Below, piece by piece: positions 40,738 through 52,783 of a stretch of DNA of 64,000 nt (positions are counted from its first letter, which is position 1; every line of letters begins with the position of its first letter). The notes below the pieces were generated by a model. The model worked only from the letters and a program-made list of their open reading frames with translations, was not told where the DNA came from and made no database searches. The position numbers and the translations under genes are program-made. The DNA lies in NCBI GenBank assembly GCA_951406725.2, contig OX597815.1, positions 177,692,001 to 177,756,000 on the forward strand. The letters are read 5' to 3'. Source of the DNA: Octopus vulgaris (Eukaryota).

Positions 40738-40840
40738 GTGGCTTACTAATCAACCACATTGTTCCGAGATCAGTCCCACTGCGTGGCACCTTGGGCAAGT
40801 TTATTCTACTCTAGCCTCGGGCCGACCAAAGCCGTGTGGA
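40738..40840 (+). mobile_element. SINE family 3 5' fragment
   Basis: CAGTCCCACTGCGTGGCACCTTGGGCAAGT..AGCCTCGGGCCGACCAAAGCC. Confidence 0.85.
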
Positions 40841-40907
40841 CTTGGTGGTACATGTTTGTGTCTCTGTTTGTTCCCCACCATTACTACCAGTCACCATAGC
40901 TTCCCAT

Positions 40908-40908
<1 letters not shown>

Positions 40909-40973
<65 letters not shown>
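40909..40973. repeat. (AAT)n microsatellite
   Basis: Visible. Confidence 0.99.
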
Positions 40974-40974
<1 letters not shown>

Positions 40975-42937
40975 CAATAGTGACACAACAAGGACAACAA
41001 CAACAGCAACAACAATATTCATGCTGACTTTGTCGTGAAATTAGAATAATAATTGACCATAATGTCTCAGGATGCTCTCTGCTTGCTTCAAATGAACATA
41101 ATAATCGTCACGATGGAGTTGGCCAATATTTGCACTCGATCTTACTCCGTAAGCCTGGACTCTCGTGTGAGAGGTGGCGAAAGCACGCGTATACATGTTA
41201 GTGTTAGTATTGTTATTGTTTTTTCTGCTCATTTGACATTTTTTTTATAAGGTTTTGTATAACGGCACACGTTCCTGTGAACGGTTATTCCGTTTTCAAT
41301 AACTATACATGCTGTTTTTGTTTTTCCGTTTAGCTGTGACAGCACAAAGGTTCTATTGAATCATTTTGATTGGACACTTTTGAGGGATTGAAATTACAAT
41401 AAACAATATATTACAGAAAAAAAAAAAAAATAAACACGGCTAAGTTCAACGTTCAAAATGAAGCTCCGCTGTACGTCACTCAATGCGACAGCTACTGTTA
41501 TACACCATTTGATTTGTAAATAGAAATTCAAAACATTGGGGAAATCAACATCTCTCTCGCGCTTTCAGTGGCACATTTTACTGTAATGTGTTCATAGAGT
41601 GACCACATATAGAAATTTCTTTCATTCAAAAATATATCATATCTATGTCAGAAAGGAAAAGGATAAAATTTGCGTTATTCTCCTAGAAGTAGTCTCGTTT
41701 ACTTGACCGTTTAACTCATTCATTTTCGCACACTGTTCAGAAAAAGCGAACATTTAATAAATATTGTGTTCATATATTAATTGTCTTGACAACTTAAGTG
41801 AAGAAATTACCACTGGTTTATTGAAGACTTGTTTTAGGTCATTGATGTAAACCACTGCCTTCTTTTCCACAAGAATGAATCCATGAGGATAATCATGTAT
41901 GAAGTACGCAAGTTGCAGAACATACCAATATCACTATAACTGCTTATGGTGTAAAATCGATTTAACTGCCATTCGTCAGTATATATTATTTCTCATTAAT
42001 TTAAAGTGACTGATATTTATCCAGATAGTTGGACACTGTCATTTATATCATACATTTACATAATGATATCGAGTTGTACAATGGATATATATTTTCCATG
42101 TCCAATGCAAATTTCTAATCCTTTATTCACTTTGTAGATATTCACGGATTACTGTTGCTGCCAATATTAACGGAAAGTACCATTTAAATATTTGTCGGCT
42201 TATTTTAGTCATCAATAAAATTGACATGATTTATAGTATCGACGGCAATTTTGGATTTGCTAATGTACACACGCCATGGTAGAATCCTGTTTCTTATACA
42301 AACTGTATATAAAAAAATGTCTCATGTGTTAGTCAGAATATATTTCATTGTGAACAATATATGAACAATACTTGTTCATATTCCCTGGCTTTAAACTAAT
42401 GCATTCGATATAAACTGATAAAAATTGGAAGCTATATTTTATAACTAGACTTGTTTGTAATATATTTTGATCATTATTGTTAGTTTAACATATCATTAAT
42501 ATCATAGAATGTTAATAACTATTGAGTTGATTGTCGATAAGATACATAAATTATTCTTCATTTGAACATCGTTATATTCTTGAAAGGTGGATATGTGTAT
42601 GAATGGTAGGAACGGATGAAGTCGGCAAAATATTATACCTTTTTTCAGTATAACTCTTATTTCTGCAATCAAATAATGCGATTCTTGAATTTTACATTCC
42701 CTTGTGTTCGTATTACTTCACCAACCAATGCTCTGCTATACAAATACTATTCCAAAGGCAGATTCCATACATTAATCAGGTGCCGTATATGTCTTAAAAC
42801 AACGGTTGTCCTACCTGTTGAACAAACTCAAAACATGAAGCATATCGCTTGAATCTGTTCTTTCATTCATTCTTCCAACAAAATATCGAAAATTAATGGA
42901 GGATAATGTTTCTTAACTTTTAAAATTTTCAGGGCAT

Positions 42938-43465
42938 GTGATGCTGCTGCTGCTGCTGATGATGATGATGAAAGTGGGGGTGGTGTTTATGGTGGCGATG
43001 TTGCATATGTTTGTAGTGGGGGTAATGGCGATGATGATGGTGGTGATAGTGATGGTGATGGTGGTGGTAGTGAAGATGGTGATAATGATAAAGATGACGA
43101 TGATGATGATGATGGTGATGGTGATGGTTGTCATGGTGTTTGTGGTGGAGGTGATAGCAGAAGTGGTGATGATGATGATGCTGATGATGATGATGGTGAC
43201 AGTGGTAGTGATGATGATGATTATGGTGAGAATGGTGATGACGTGGGCGTCCTGGATAATTATCGGATGATAGTGATGAAGAAGAAAACCCATAATGATC
43301 CTCATATTTATAATCAGATTGAAGATGAAGGAGATAATTGTTTGTTTGATTATCATCAGCACCACCACCACCACCACCACCTCCACCATCAAAGACACCA
43401 CCTGTTAACATCATCATCATCATCATCATCATCATCCTCAACATCATCATCCTCACCATCTTCAT
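42938..43465. repeat. Degenerate (ATG/GTG)n trinucleotide tract switching to (CAC/CAT)n
   Basis: GAT/GGT repeats ~42938-43240; CAC/CAT repeats ~43350-43465. Confidence 0.93.
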
Positions 43466-43669
43466 CCCCATGTACTTCGTTACCAAAATCATCAAACGTC
43501 CTCAAAAAGTGATAACAAACATGGTGGTGCCAAAAACTAGGCATGGCACTGATTACAGTGAAAATTGGGTATAAAATTACGCACACTGCACATTTGTGTA
43601 TATGTGTGGGTTGTGGGTGCGTTTCTGTGTGTGAGTGTGTGAGTATGTGTGCGTGTGTGCATGTGTATA

Positions 43670-43937
<268 letters not shown>

Positions 43938-44074
43938 GTGTGTGTGTAGCTGAGAATATATATGTGCGTGTATATGTTAATTCGTCTGAAATTCTGGCGT
44001 GATTAAAACTACGAAACATATATAGAAGTAGCCAGACACTTTCTGTTACCAGGATATGAATATTGATATTACAT

Positions 44075-44255
44075 TTTGATATAAGGCCAGAAATACCGAG
44101 AGAGGGGTTACATAGATTATACCCACCCCAGTGTTGAAAATGTACTTGCTTTATCGACTCCGAAGTGATGAAAGGTAAAGCCAAGTAAGGAGGAATTTGA
44201 ACCCAGGACATTAAAGAATGACGATTTGTCGCTACCCATTTTGCCCCGCTGGTCA
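44075..44255 (-). mobile_element. Old SINE family 1 copy
   Basis: GTACTTGCTTTATCGACTCCGAAGTGATGAAAGGTAAAG..GGAATTTGAACCCAG. Confidence 0.75.
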
Positions 44256-44350
44256 TTTATAGATTTATACGGATTTATCTTAGAACCAATTCCAAAACAC
44301 AATTATTCCACGTTCTCCGTTGAATATTTTAAAATTCTTATGACGAGCAT

Positions 44351-44401
<51 letters not shown>

Positions 44402-44407
<6 letters not shown>

Positions 44408-44517
44408 CATCCAAAAATTGAACAAAGATAAAACACAACATGAGGACGTGGAACAAGTATAGTGTTATTGGAAGCTCAGGAAAGGAAAGGTCCAAGGAGG
44501 GGAAGACGGAGAAAAAA
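44402..44517 (-). mobile_element. Internally deleted copy of the 10686-10886 family, within (TA)n
   Basis: GAGGACGTGGAACAA..GTGTTATTGGAAGCTCAGGAAAG is the reverse complement of ~10803-10845. Confidence 0.75.
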
Positions 44518-44523
44518 TATATA

Positions 44524-44561
<38 letters not shown>

Positions 44562-44612
44562 TATATATGCATATATATATATATATATATATGCATTTAT
44601 ATATATATATAC

Positions 44613-44680
<68 letters not shown>

Positions 44681-45478
44681 TATATAATATATATATATAA
44701 ATACACCCGTCCTTTCGATGGTTTAAGTTGCTTTGGTGGTATTGTTTTCACCAAATAATGGAACTACCGTGAAGGTTTATGAGTAGGACGTCAATCTCTG
44801 TTCGCGATTAACGAAGGAACGGAAAATCAAATTAAAGACTGGTTATTGCGGAAGTCGTTGCAATTTAATGATCATAGAACATATAAGTTGGTAAGCAATG
44901 CAAAGTAGAGCTACTGAAGAGTTGTGGGAGCAGATTACGGATAATGACTACAAAATATAGTTGTTTTACGTGAAAGCCAAATTTTTTTTCATAAACAGCC
45001 ACATAAATGCAGTATGAAATTGAAGGAAAACGTTGAAATTTCTCCTGTGTGATTTTTTTTTGTATTTTCAACAGCAAAGGAAGCTACTTTTTCGATGAGA
45101 TAACCTAACAAAAATTCCTTTATTCTCTATTCCCACATACCCTGCACATACACTAACAGCGAATGCCGCATAAAGTTAAATTTGTACAGAGCTTTATGAA
45201 AGATACCTATAGCTTCCGCTAGTAGAAGCAGAACTCTTCTTTAAAGGTTGATTCTTTGGGACGTATCATATGTGATTGTTTAAAAAAAGCAAGAATGACA
45301 ATGTTAAAACGTAACTCAAAAAAATTGACAACAGTCGAAATATGATAATGGAGAGTAAATATCATCCTTAAAGTGAACCAACGCATTGGTAGATAAACAA
45401 AGGTGTCAACAAATAGAAGAAGAGGAAGGGAACATCACACATACCAGTATTTGTGTGTATAATGAGTAACCCATACAT

Positions 45479-45706
45479 ATTTCTTTACTACCCATACGGG
45501 GCTAAACACAGAGGGGACAAACAAGGACAGACAAACGGATTAAGTTGCTTATATCGACCCCAGTGCGTAACTGGTACTTAATTTATCGACCCCGAAAGGA
45601 TGAAAGGCAAAGTCAACCTCGTGAGAATTTGAGCTCAGAACGTAGCGGCAGACGAAATACCGATAAGCATTTTGCCTGGCGTGCTATCGATTCTGCCAGC
45701 TCGCCC
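45479..45706 (-). mobile_element. SINE family 1 monomer, tail 1
   Basis: Colinear with the other copies. Confidence 0.92.
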
Positions 45707-45709
45707 AAA

Positions 45710-46987
45710 ATAAGCATTGGTTACTTGCTGTTTTATATTTAAATACGTTTTAGTTAGTTGCTGTTCTGTCGCAGAGACGCTGCTCGAATAGAAAGCGAAC
45801 TGAATACACTTGCAAGACTGGACCCTACAATTTTCTATAAGTTGACTCATTATATTTTTACTTGTATATGATTCTTGAATCTGTTGATATTTTGCTGTCA
45901 TTCTTTTCCAGTGTGTCTTGCCTGTATACCCACTATATTGCACGTAAAATTCTTTACATACATATTAAATTATATACTGTTCAAATTGTTTCAATCTTGA
46001 ATGGTGATCACACTCTGAAATGTATATCACGACCTTATAAATAGCTACATACTTTACTCTGTAGTCGGATGAACTTACTAAATTTTGCATTTGTCACTCT
46101 GTGTGTGTGTTTGTGTGTGTGTGTGCGTGCGATTTTGCTTCTCATCTAATTTTCATGGTTGTTTTATTTTCAAAATATTTCGCTTTATTATTATTATTAT
46201 CATTATTATTATTTATCAGTAGTTTTATTTTTATAGCGTGCTTTCACTTCACTACCGAGCGCAGCTCTGTGTGCCTTGGGTATGTGCTGTGATTTGTTGT
46301 GATGCTCTGATGGTTATTGTATGGAAAGTGTTCTGCGTAGGATGTGTGCAGTGCCTAGTAGTGCAATTTTCTGTATGTTATATGTGTTTGTAAGTCCTGG
46401 TGTTTTTGTTATGTATTTGTCTGAATATTTTTTTATCATGCCTAATGCACCTATTATGATAGGAATTGTTTCTGTTTTCAGGTTCCACATTCTAGTTATC
46501 TCTATTTCCAGGTCTTTGTATTTTGAGAGTTTCTCCATTTCTTTTAGAGACACGTTGTCATCTGCCGGTATTGATACATCAATTAGAAAGCATTTTTTTC
46601 TTCATGATCTCTGACAACTATATCTGGTCTGTTGGCCTTAATTTCTCTATCTGTGTGTATCGGCATATCCCAGAGTATGGTTGCTTTCTCGTTTTCTGTG
46701 ACCTTTTCTGGTGTGTGCCTATACCATCTTTCTTCTGTTGTTATTCCATAATGTTGGCATAGCTTCCAATGTATGTAGGTTCCAACTCTGTCATGTCTGT
46801 GAATATATTCCTTCTTAGCCAGGACTGGGCAGCTAGAGATAATATGATTTATTGTTTCTTGTCCATCTCCACATATTCTGCAGTTACTTGTAATATTTCT
46901 TTTCATTACATGTTTTTGGTAATTTCTGGTGGGGAGGCTTTGGTCTTGTGCTGCAATTAAAAATCCCTCTGTTTCTGCTTTGAGTCC

Positions 46988-47051
<64 letters not shown>

Positions 47052-48025
47052 TTGTAATTGTATTCCTTTAACTTTGTAAGGATGTTGGTGAACATGTCGG
47101 GATTATCTCGAACGAAAGCTACTGCTTTAATTTATTCACTATTTGCGTGTGTTTGCCTGTGTTGGGCGTGGGGTATGTGCATGCGCACGTGTGTGTGTTT
47201 TTGTGGGCGGTGTTTGTGGGGAGTGCGTGTTTGCGTGTGTGCGTGTATATGTCTGTGTGTGTGCGTGTGTGTATTCTGTTACTCGTATCTAATGGTTGTA
47301 TATCTATTTTAGTTTCTGAATTCCAAATTCATGAGATTTCTAGTGCACTTATTTCTCACAATTATCTTATAATGTCTCTAGTCTTTTCTTCTCTTGTTTC
47401 GGATTTGACTCAATAAGATAGGTTCGTTCAGCAAAGTTATATCGAAAGTAGCTGCTGATGTTTTTCGAGAGACCGAATGTAAAAATAAGGTAGAATCGTA
47501 AGTGGGTTGGTTCAACATATATGTCTCTTACCTGGTGTTTTCTTTTCTTTTGTTGTTATCAACATATCTAAGGATGGTTGTTAACCCCAGGGAATAGAAT
47601 GCGAGGTTTATATTCGTGAAGAGATTTTGTTATACGTTGAATCGAAGAATGTTTTTTATTATGTGACATGAAATAGTTGGATTTCTCTGCAATTTCCGAT
47701 TCAAATAACATCTGAATTCATTTAGAGTGTTTTTGCAGGATAGTTCATACACCACCAGTTCAAGCTGCCTTGTGATTAAGTACTTGTAGGTTAGAGCAAC
47801 CTACATGGCAGTGTTTCTACTTTCGTTAGAAAGTCGTACCAACAAACATAGGTTAGTTGCTTTCAAAATATTATTAAAGCCATGCACAAGAGACTTTCCT
47901 ACAAATACTTTCTAGTATCACATAATAATCCATTATATTATTGCATTGAATAGTTCTATATAGATTTACTACATCAAATGTTGAAATTGAGCTATTTTTG
48001 CTTAGTGAATTAGGAAGACGTCTAC
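45710..48025 (-). mobile_element. Decayed Penelope-like element (RT plus GIY-YIG, Neptune-like), split by a Dong insertion and CA repeats
   Basis: In order on the minus strand: [23 protein letters not shown] (RT motif A), NTAM*VALTYKYL..LE (GTAMG..APTYA), PSLDMLI (LPFLD), RYNFAERTYLIES..RLETL (thumb), DNPDMF, then after the insert QYSGYTGK..KRMTAKYQQI..SQLIENC..FAFY (GIY-YIG). Confidence 0.75.
46185..47051 (-). mobile_element. 5'-truncated R4/Dong-clade non-LTR retrotransposon within (TAA)n
   Basis: ETEGFLIAAQDQ, CRICGDGQETINHIISSC (CCHC), RHD, ILWD, NRPDIV, LIDVSIP, EKLSKYKDL, IIIGALG, QKIALLGTAHILRRTL (restriction-like endonuclease). One frameshift in an A run near 46595. (TAA)n at both ends; body ~46217-46987. 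Confidence 0.95.
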
Positions 48026-48078
48026 TTGCATAGGTACGTATATATAATCATACATATATATAGATGTGTATGTGTACA

Positions 48079-48132
<54 letters not shown>

Positions 48133-48135
<3 letters not shown>

Positions 48136-48247
48136 GAGAATTCACAAAAGAAAATACCAAACAAAAGACGTAGACAGGTGGTGTACACAACAAACAGATG
48201 TCTTAGTTTAACACTCGGAAAGTGAAAAAGTCTTTAACCTTTCGAAC
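48133..48247 (-). mobile_element. Penelope-terminus-like fragment related to 10686-10886
   Basis: Reverse complement begins GTTCGAAAGGTTAAA (compare GCTCGAAACATTAAA), continues with similar T-rich sequence and ends at (TA)n. Confidence 0.55.
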
Positions 48248-48363
48248 AAGTATCCTGTACATTAAAACACATTAAGAGGCTTTCAAATAGGAAATCCTTG
48301 TGCTAGAAAGAGCAGTAGAAATCTCAAACCACTAATTAGGGATACATTCTCGAAATAAACGTA

Positions 48364-48467
48364 AATTAAAAACATTTACCATCTAATTTAATTCCTAAAT
48401 TTGGTTTACTGAAATTAGTCAGAAAACATGGTCTAGGAACGAAATTAGATGGTAAATGTTTTTAATT
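48364..48467. repeat. ~104-bp imperfect palindrome (MITE-like)
   Basis: AATTAAAAACATTTACCATCTAATTT..TTCCTA pairs with TAGGAA..AAATTAGATGGTAAATGTTTTTAATT. Confidence 0.85.
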
Positions 48468-49957
48468 GGAAAACATATTGATGACATGGGCTAGTCCGTG
48501 AGCTCACTATTTCAAGGACATGAAAGTCCTTGAAAAAGATGTTAGGCTATTTGGGTGAATATTCATCTGTACTTACTTATAATATGAAGTTCAGAGATGC
48601 GTGAGTTTAAGTGAAATATTTGAATGTTTACAGAAGAAGTGAATGTAAATCGAACAACAAATACTGAACAAGTGCAAAAGTATATCTAAGTAATGTTCTA
48701 CAGACAACCTGATATAATCAATATACTAACTGGGTTCCATATTTAATTCACTTTCTTGTACAAGCGGTAGTAGCAGGCTATGATATACTGTCTACAATAC
48801 GAGGGTACTAACAAGTATACAGGAGTGCAGAACTTTAAAAATTTTAAATATCAATTATCTGGCCACGATTACATTTCATATGTTTAATGGATTTCCTTCA
48901 CAGTCTTCTTACACAGAATAAAGGAAGTTTCACTAATAATATACTGAATCAAAAGAGGCTAAATTCCTTTTATCTGTATTTAATTCGCAGATCATGGAAT
49001 TCAAAATCTCTTCGGTCTACATTATTTGTTCATAATATCATAAAGAAAGCACTTAAAGCCAAAAAATGCATTTTATATTCTATATTTACGAACAATTGTG
49101 CTCTCTTTTATTTCGTTTTACGTCACCACTACCATAAAATAACTTTTACAATATAAAAGACAGATGCAAAAAAAGTTAAATTCATAAAGAGATCACAGTA
49201 ATTTGGGCCAAAGTACCAATTATCTGCTGCAATTCATTTAATAATTGTATAATAATTTAATAATCTTTAGGAACCGTTTTACAAATCAACTGATAAAGAA
49301 CACAAAATTGAAGCAAGATATATGCCAGCAACAGGAAGAATAATACGAAAATATTACAAAACGAGTCTAGGAATATAAATACTAAACAGTAAAAGCTGTG
49401 GGTAATGTGAATGCGAGAGATATTCGTAATCAGGCTAAAACGAAAACGACTACAAAAAACAGCTCAACTGCCCTGTATTGAGAGAAGAGAGACGAAATCT
49501 TTTGCCAACAAAATGCCATAAGGTTAAGTGAGGTGCAACAGGACTTGCACATCATTTTAGAGATAGAATTTGCGAATACGTACCTCCATGAAATGTAAAT
49601 CTGCTGGAACATATTTCACTTTAACACGATTATTCGGTAAGCAGTAATGTATATTTATGTGACACGGAAACATTAACCCAAAACGAAAGAAGCAAATAAA
49701 TACAGATTACAGTAGCAATATTCTCAATTTCTAGCTCAAATAATGCTTTAAAGTTATTGAAGGGTAACATATATTACAATAATATAAACATATATTTATC
49801 GATGGCAGTTGATAAATTTGTTTATATCTATTTATCAGCTGGAGAGTTCAAGAGAACACTAGAACACTACGCACCACAAATATTGTTAGAGGAATGCAAT
49901 TTCAGCTACAGGAATCCTTCAATAACATATAGAAGATGGGAAGTGATAAATCGTAAT

Positions 49958-50017
<60 letters not shown>

Positions 50018-50140
50018 GTGTGTGTGTGTTACGATTTATCAACTTCACATCTTCGATGTAATATACGTGTGTATTTATATCTATCTCTCTCTATATATAT
50101 ATGAAAGAAGGTTTGAAAAGGCAATTTTAAAAGGTGTATA

Positions 50141-50188
50141 TTCACTTGACCGGTTTCACTTTTTTAGAAAGATATTGTCAAAAGTAAA
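50141..50188 (-). ncRNA. Degenerate hammerhead-like motif
   Basis: Reverse complement TTTACTT-tTGACaA-(weak helix II)-GAAA-CCGG-TC-AAGTGAA. ACCGGT palindrome; 7-bp helix I with one G-U pair. Confidence 0.5.
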
Positions 50189-50418
50189 ATGTAAAAGCTT
50201 TGTAAAAACTTTGTTGTGTTAAGTACTGGTTGTCACAAAATATTACAATGCATATACACATTCTTTGATAATAATAAGAAAAATGTTAAAACAGTTTACA
50301 AGGAAAAATCTTGAGAAAATATTAAAAAGTTCATTGAAAATATTAGGATTTCATTAAAAATCATGTTTGTTTGGAAGCATCTATATATATACACAGAAAA
50401 ATATAAGTTCAAAAAGGT

Positions 50419-50463
<45 letters not shown>

Positions 50464-50480
50464 ATATATATATATAATAC

Positions 50481-50533
<53 letters not shown>

Positions 50534-50536
<3 letters not shown>

Positions 50537-51041
50537 CCATCTAGAAATAGCAGTAACACTCTTCCCATTCTTTGGACGGCCACATTAAGTTGGCAACAAA
50601 CCATCACTGTATCCTCCTTCTACTGCATAGCTCTCTCTCTCTCTCCCTCTCTCTCTGAGAGATATAGAAATGCAATATTTCTAATTTTGTAGATCAGTGA
50701 ACTTATTTCATTTAAAATTCTGTAAGTTTTCAGCAGTGATTTAGCACCGACAGCTAGCAATGCCAAGCTACTCCATAGTGATGAAGAGCAATTACCCTGA
50801 AACTAGTCTCTAGGAACTAGGTTTGTTGGGTGGAGATGTTTATCTCCCTTGTTTGAAAGCTTAAGAACACAGAACGCTTGTGTCACGTAGCCAACTAGAA
50901 CCGGTGTTTCCTGGGGTTAAATAGCAGTGCAATTCTTCCCTTTCATGAGATTGTCACATTAAGTTGGCAACAAGCCATCACTTTAACGTGCTGATACTGC
51001 ATAACTCTCTCTGAGAGATTTAGAAATGCAATATTTCTAAT

Positions 51042-51042
<1 letters not shown>
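50534..51042 (+). mobile_element. Retrozyme-like ~1.4-mer tandem unit (period ~355 nt) with hammerhead-like motif
   Basis: Direct repeats at 50534-50686 and 50888-51042. gTGATGA-AGAG caatta CCCT-GAAA-CTAG-TC at 50778-50808. (TA)n on both flanks. Confidence 0.75.
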
Positions 51043-51110
<68 letters not shown>

Positions 51111-52519
51111 ATGTATATATATATATTTATGTATATATATAAAAACACGTATGCTATTGTTTACGTACGGTAATAAGTAGCGGTGCTACAACCGATGTTT
51201 TGCCGAAATATTTTCATTTACAAATCGATGGAAGTGGATATCTGAGCGCAGTTGCAAATAGATAGAGTAATAGATTAATAGATATATATCCGAGCACATG
51301 CCCACGACGCTTTTACGCCCACTTAGATGTATTTACTTACATACATATGTAGCCATTTAAACACTGCTGCGTACATACATTGAAACACTTTTTTTCACTG
51401 AGGAAAAAAAAACATTTCTGCAGATTCAGAAATGTTTAAAATGATCGAAAACACTAACACGTACTTATTTTCTCGCTTTCTTTCTTTATTTATTTTATTT
51501 ATTTATTAATTATTATTATTATTATTTTTTTTTGCTTTTGGCATGTAACTGATCAGGTACAAGATATAGACTTAAGATACAAATACTTGATACTAGTAGC
51601 ATTCTGGTCAGAGATGCTCTACAATCTTCAAAGAGGAGGGTGTCACTGATAGATGATTATTTAATAAGCTACGAATTATAGTTAATTTACAGTTTCATCA
51701 ACTCTACACTACGACAAAATTTAAGGGTAAGTATTATAAAATGTAGCCGTAGACTTAGCGGCAGGGTGACGCCATGATTACAGCTTGGAATAGATCAACC
51801 ACTCGGTCAGCAACAGAAAAACCGAGTTGATAGCTGAGATCAAAGAGATGTTTGAAGGAACTCAGTGAGGAACGAACTCCCCAGGTTACGGAGCTATCTA
51901 GAGCTCGTGATAGAAGCTGAGGGCAGCGATAATCTAGTTGCTATTTTATTTTTTTACTTTTAAAAGTTTTCTCACGATCCCAGCTTCAGTAAAGTTTAAC
52001 AAAGTTCCACAATAAGAAGAGATGATGGATACAAAAGCAAATTATGCTATTTCATTGAATTCGGAAGTTTTGAATATGAACATAGCCTTGATGTTTTTTA
52101 TGCTCTTAAACACCGATTCAATGCTAAAAGATAACATGCTACCGACGTATCCGACGAAAAAATTCCGCGTCTCAATGCCTTCGGCTTCAGCAGTTTAATC
52201 TTACACATGTTTTGATAAAAAGTATTTTTGTTTTGCATATTTTATTGCATTAGTATTCGCACCGGTTTCGGTACAACGTGTTATCGTATCAAACAATCGC
52301 CATTTCTTATCTTCACCAAATCTAGTTATGCTTACATTTATAATATAAATTGTAGAAATGATGTAATACCGTATATACGAACAAGAGCACCTTTTGTGTC
52401 TGTACAAAAGTTGTGTGAGTGTTTCTGTGTTTGTGGTGTGTGCACCGTAATGATATAGGGAAGTGCGCACACACACACACAAATATATATATATATATAT
52501 ATATATAATGGGACGAGAA

Positions 52520-52783
52520 AGTACCAGGCTAGTGAAATTAATGTGTAAGTGGCTGAGACACTCCACAGATACGCATACCATTAACACAAGAGATGCAGCG
52601 TGACACAGAACTTGACAAGGCTGGGCCTTTCAAATATAGTTACAACACTTTTTTGCCAGCAGCTTACACTGGGGAAACGAGAAATAGAGCGTCTTTCCCA
52701 AGGACACAACGAGTTGCGAAGAACCGAAATCACGAGCTTATGGTTGTGAGCCAAATACCGTAACCATGAAGCCATGCGCATTC
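52520..52783 (-). mobile_element. SINE family 4 (tRNA head, GTGTCCTTGGGAAAGAC core), old copy
   Basis: Reverse complement: GCGCATGGCTTCATGGTTACGG..GATTTCGGTTC..GTTGTGTCCTTGGGAAAGACGCTCTATTTC. Confidence 0.75.

Noticed and set aside
42913-43586. His-, Met- and Asp-rich ORFs suggesting a metal-binding protein
   Set aside because: The degenerate trinucleotide tract is open in several frames on both strands, with no unique domain or splice support.
46314-47095. ORFs read as an intact host nuclease gene
   Set aside because: They are the frameshifted, 5'-truncated Dong/R4 C-terminus. The apparent N-terminus comes from (AAT)n and flanking Penelope sequence.
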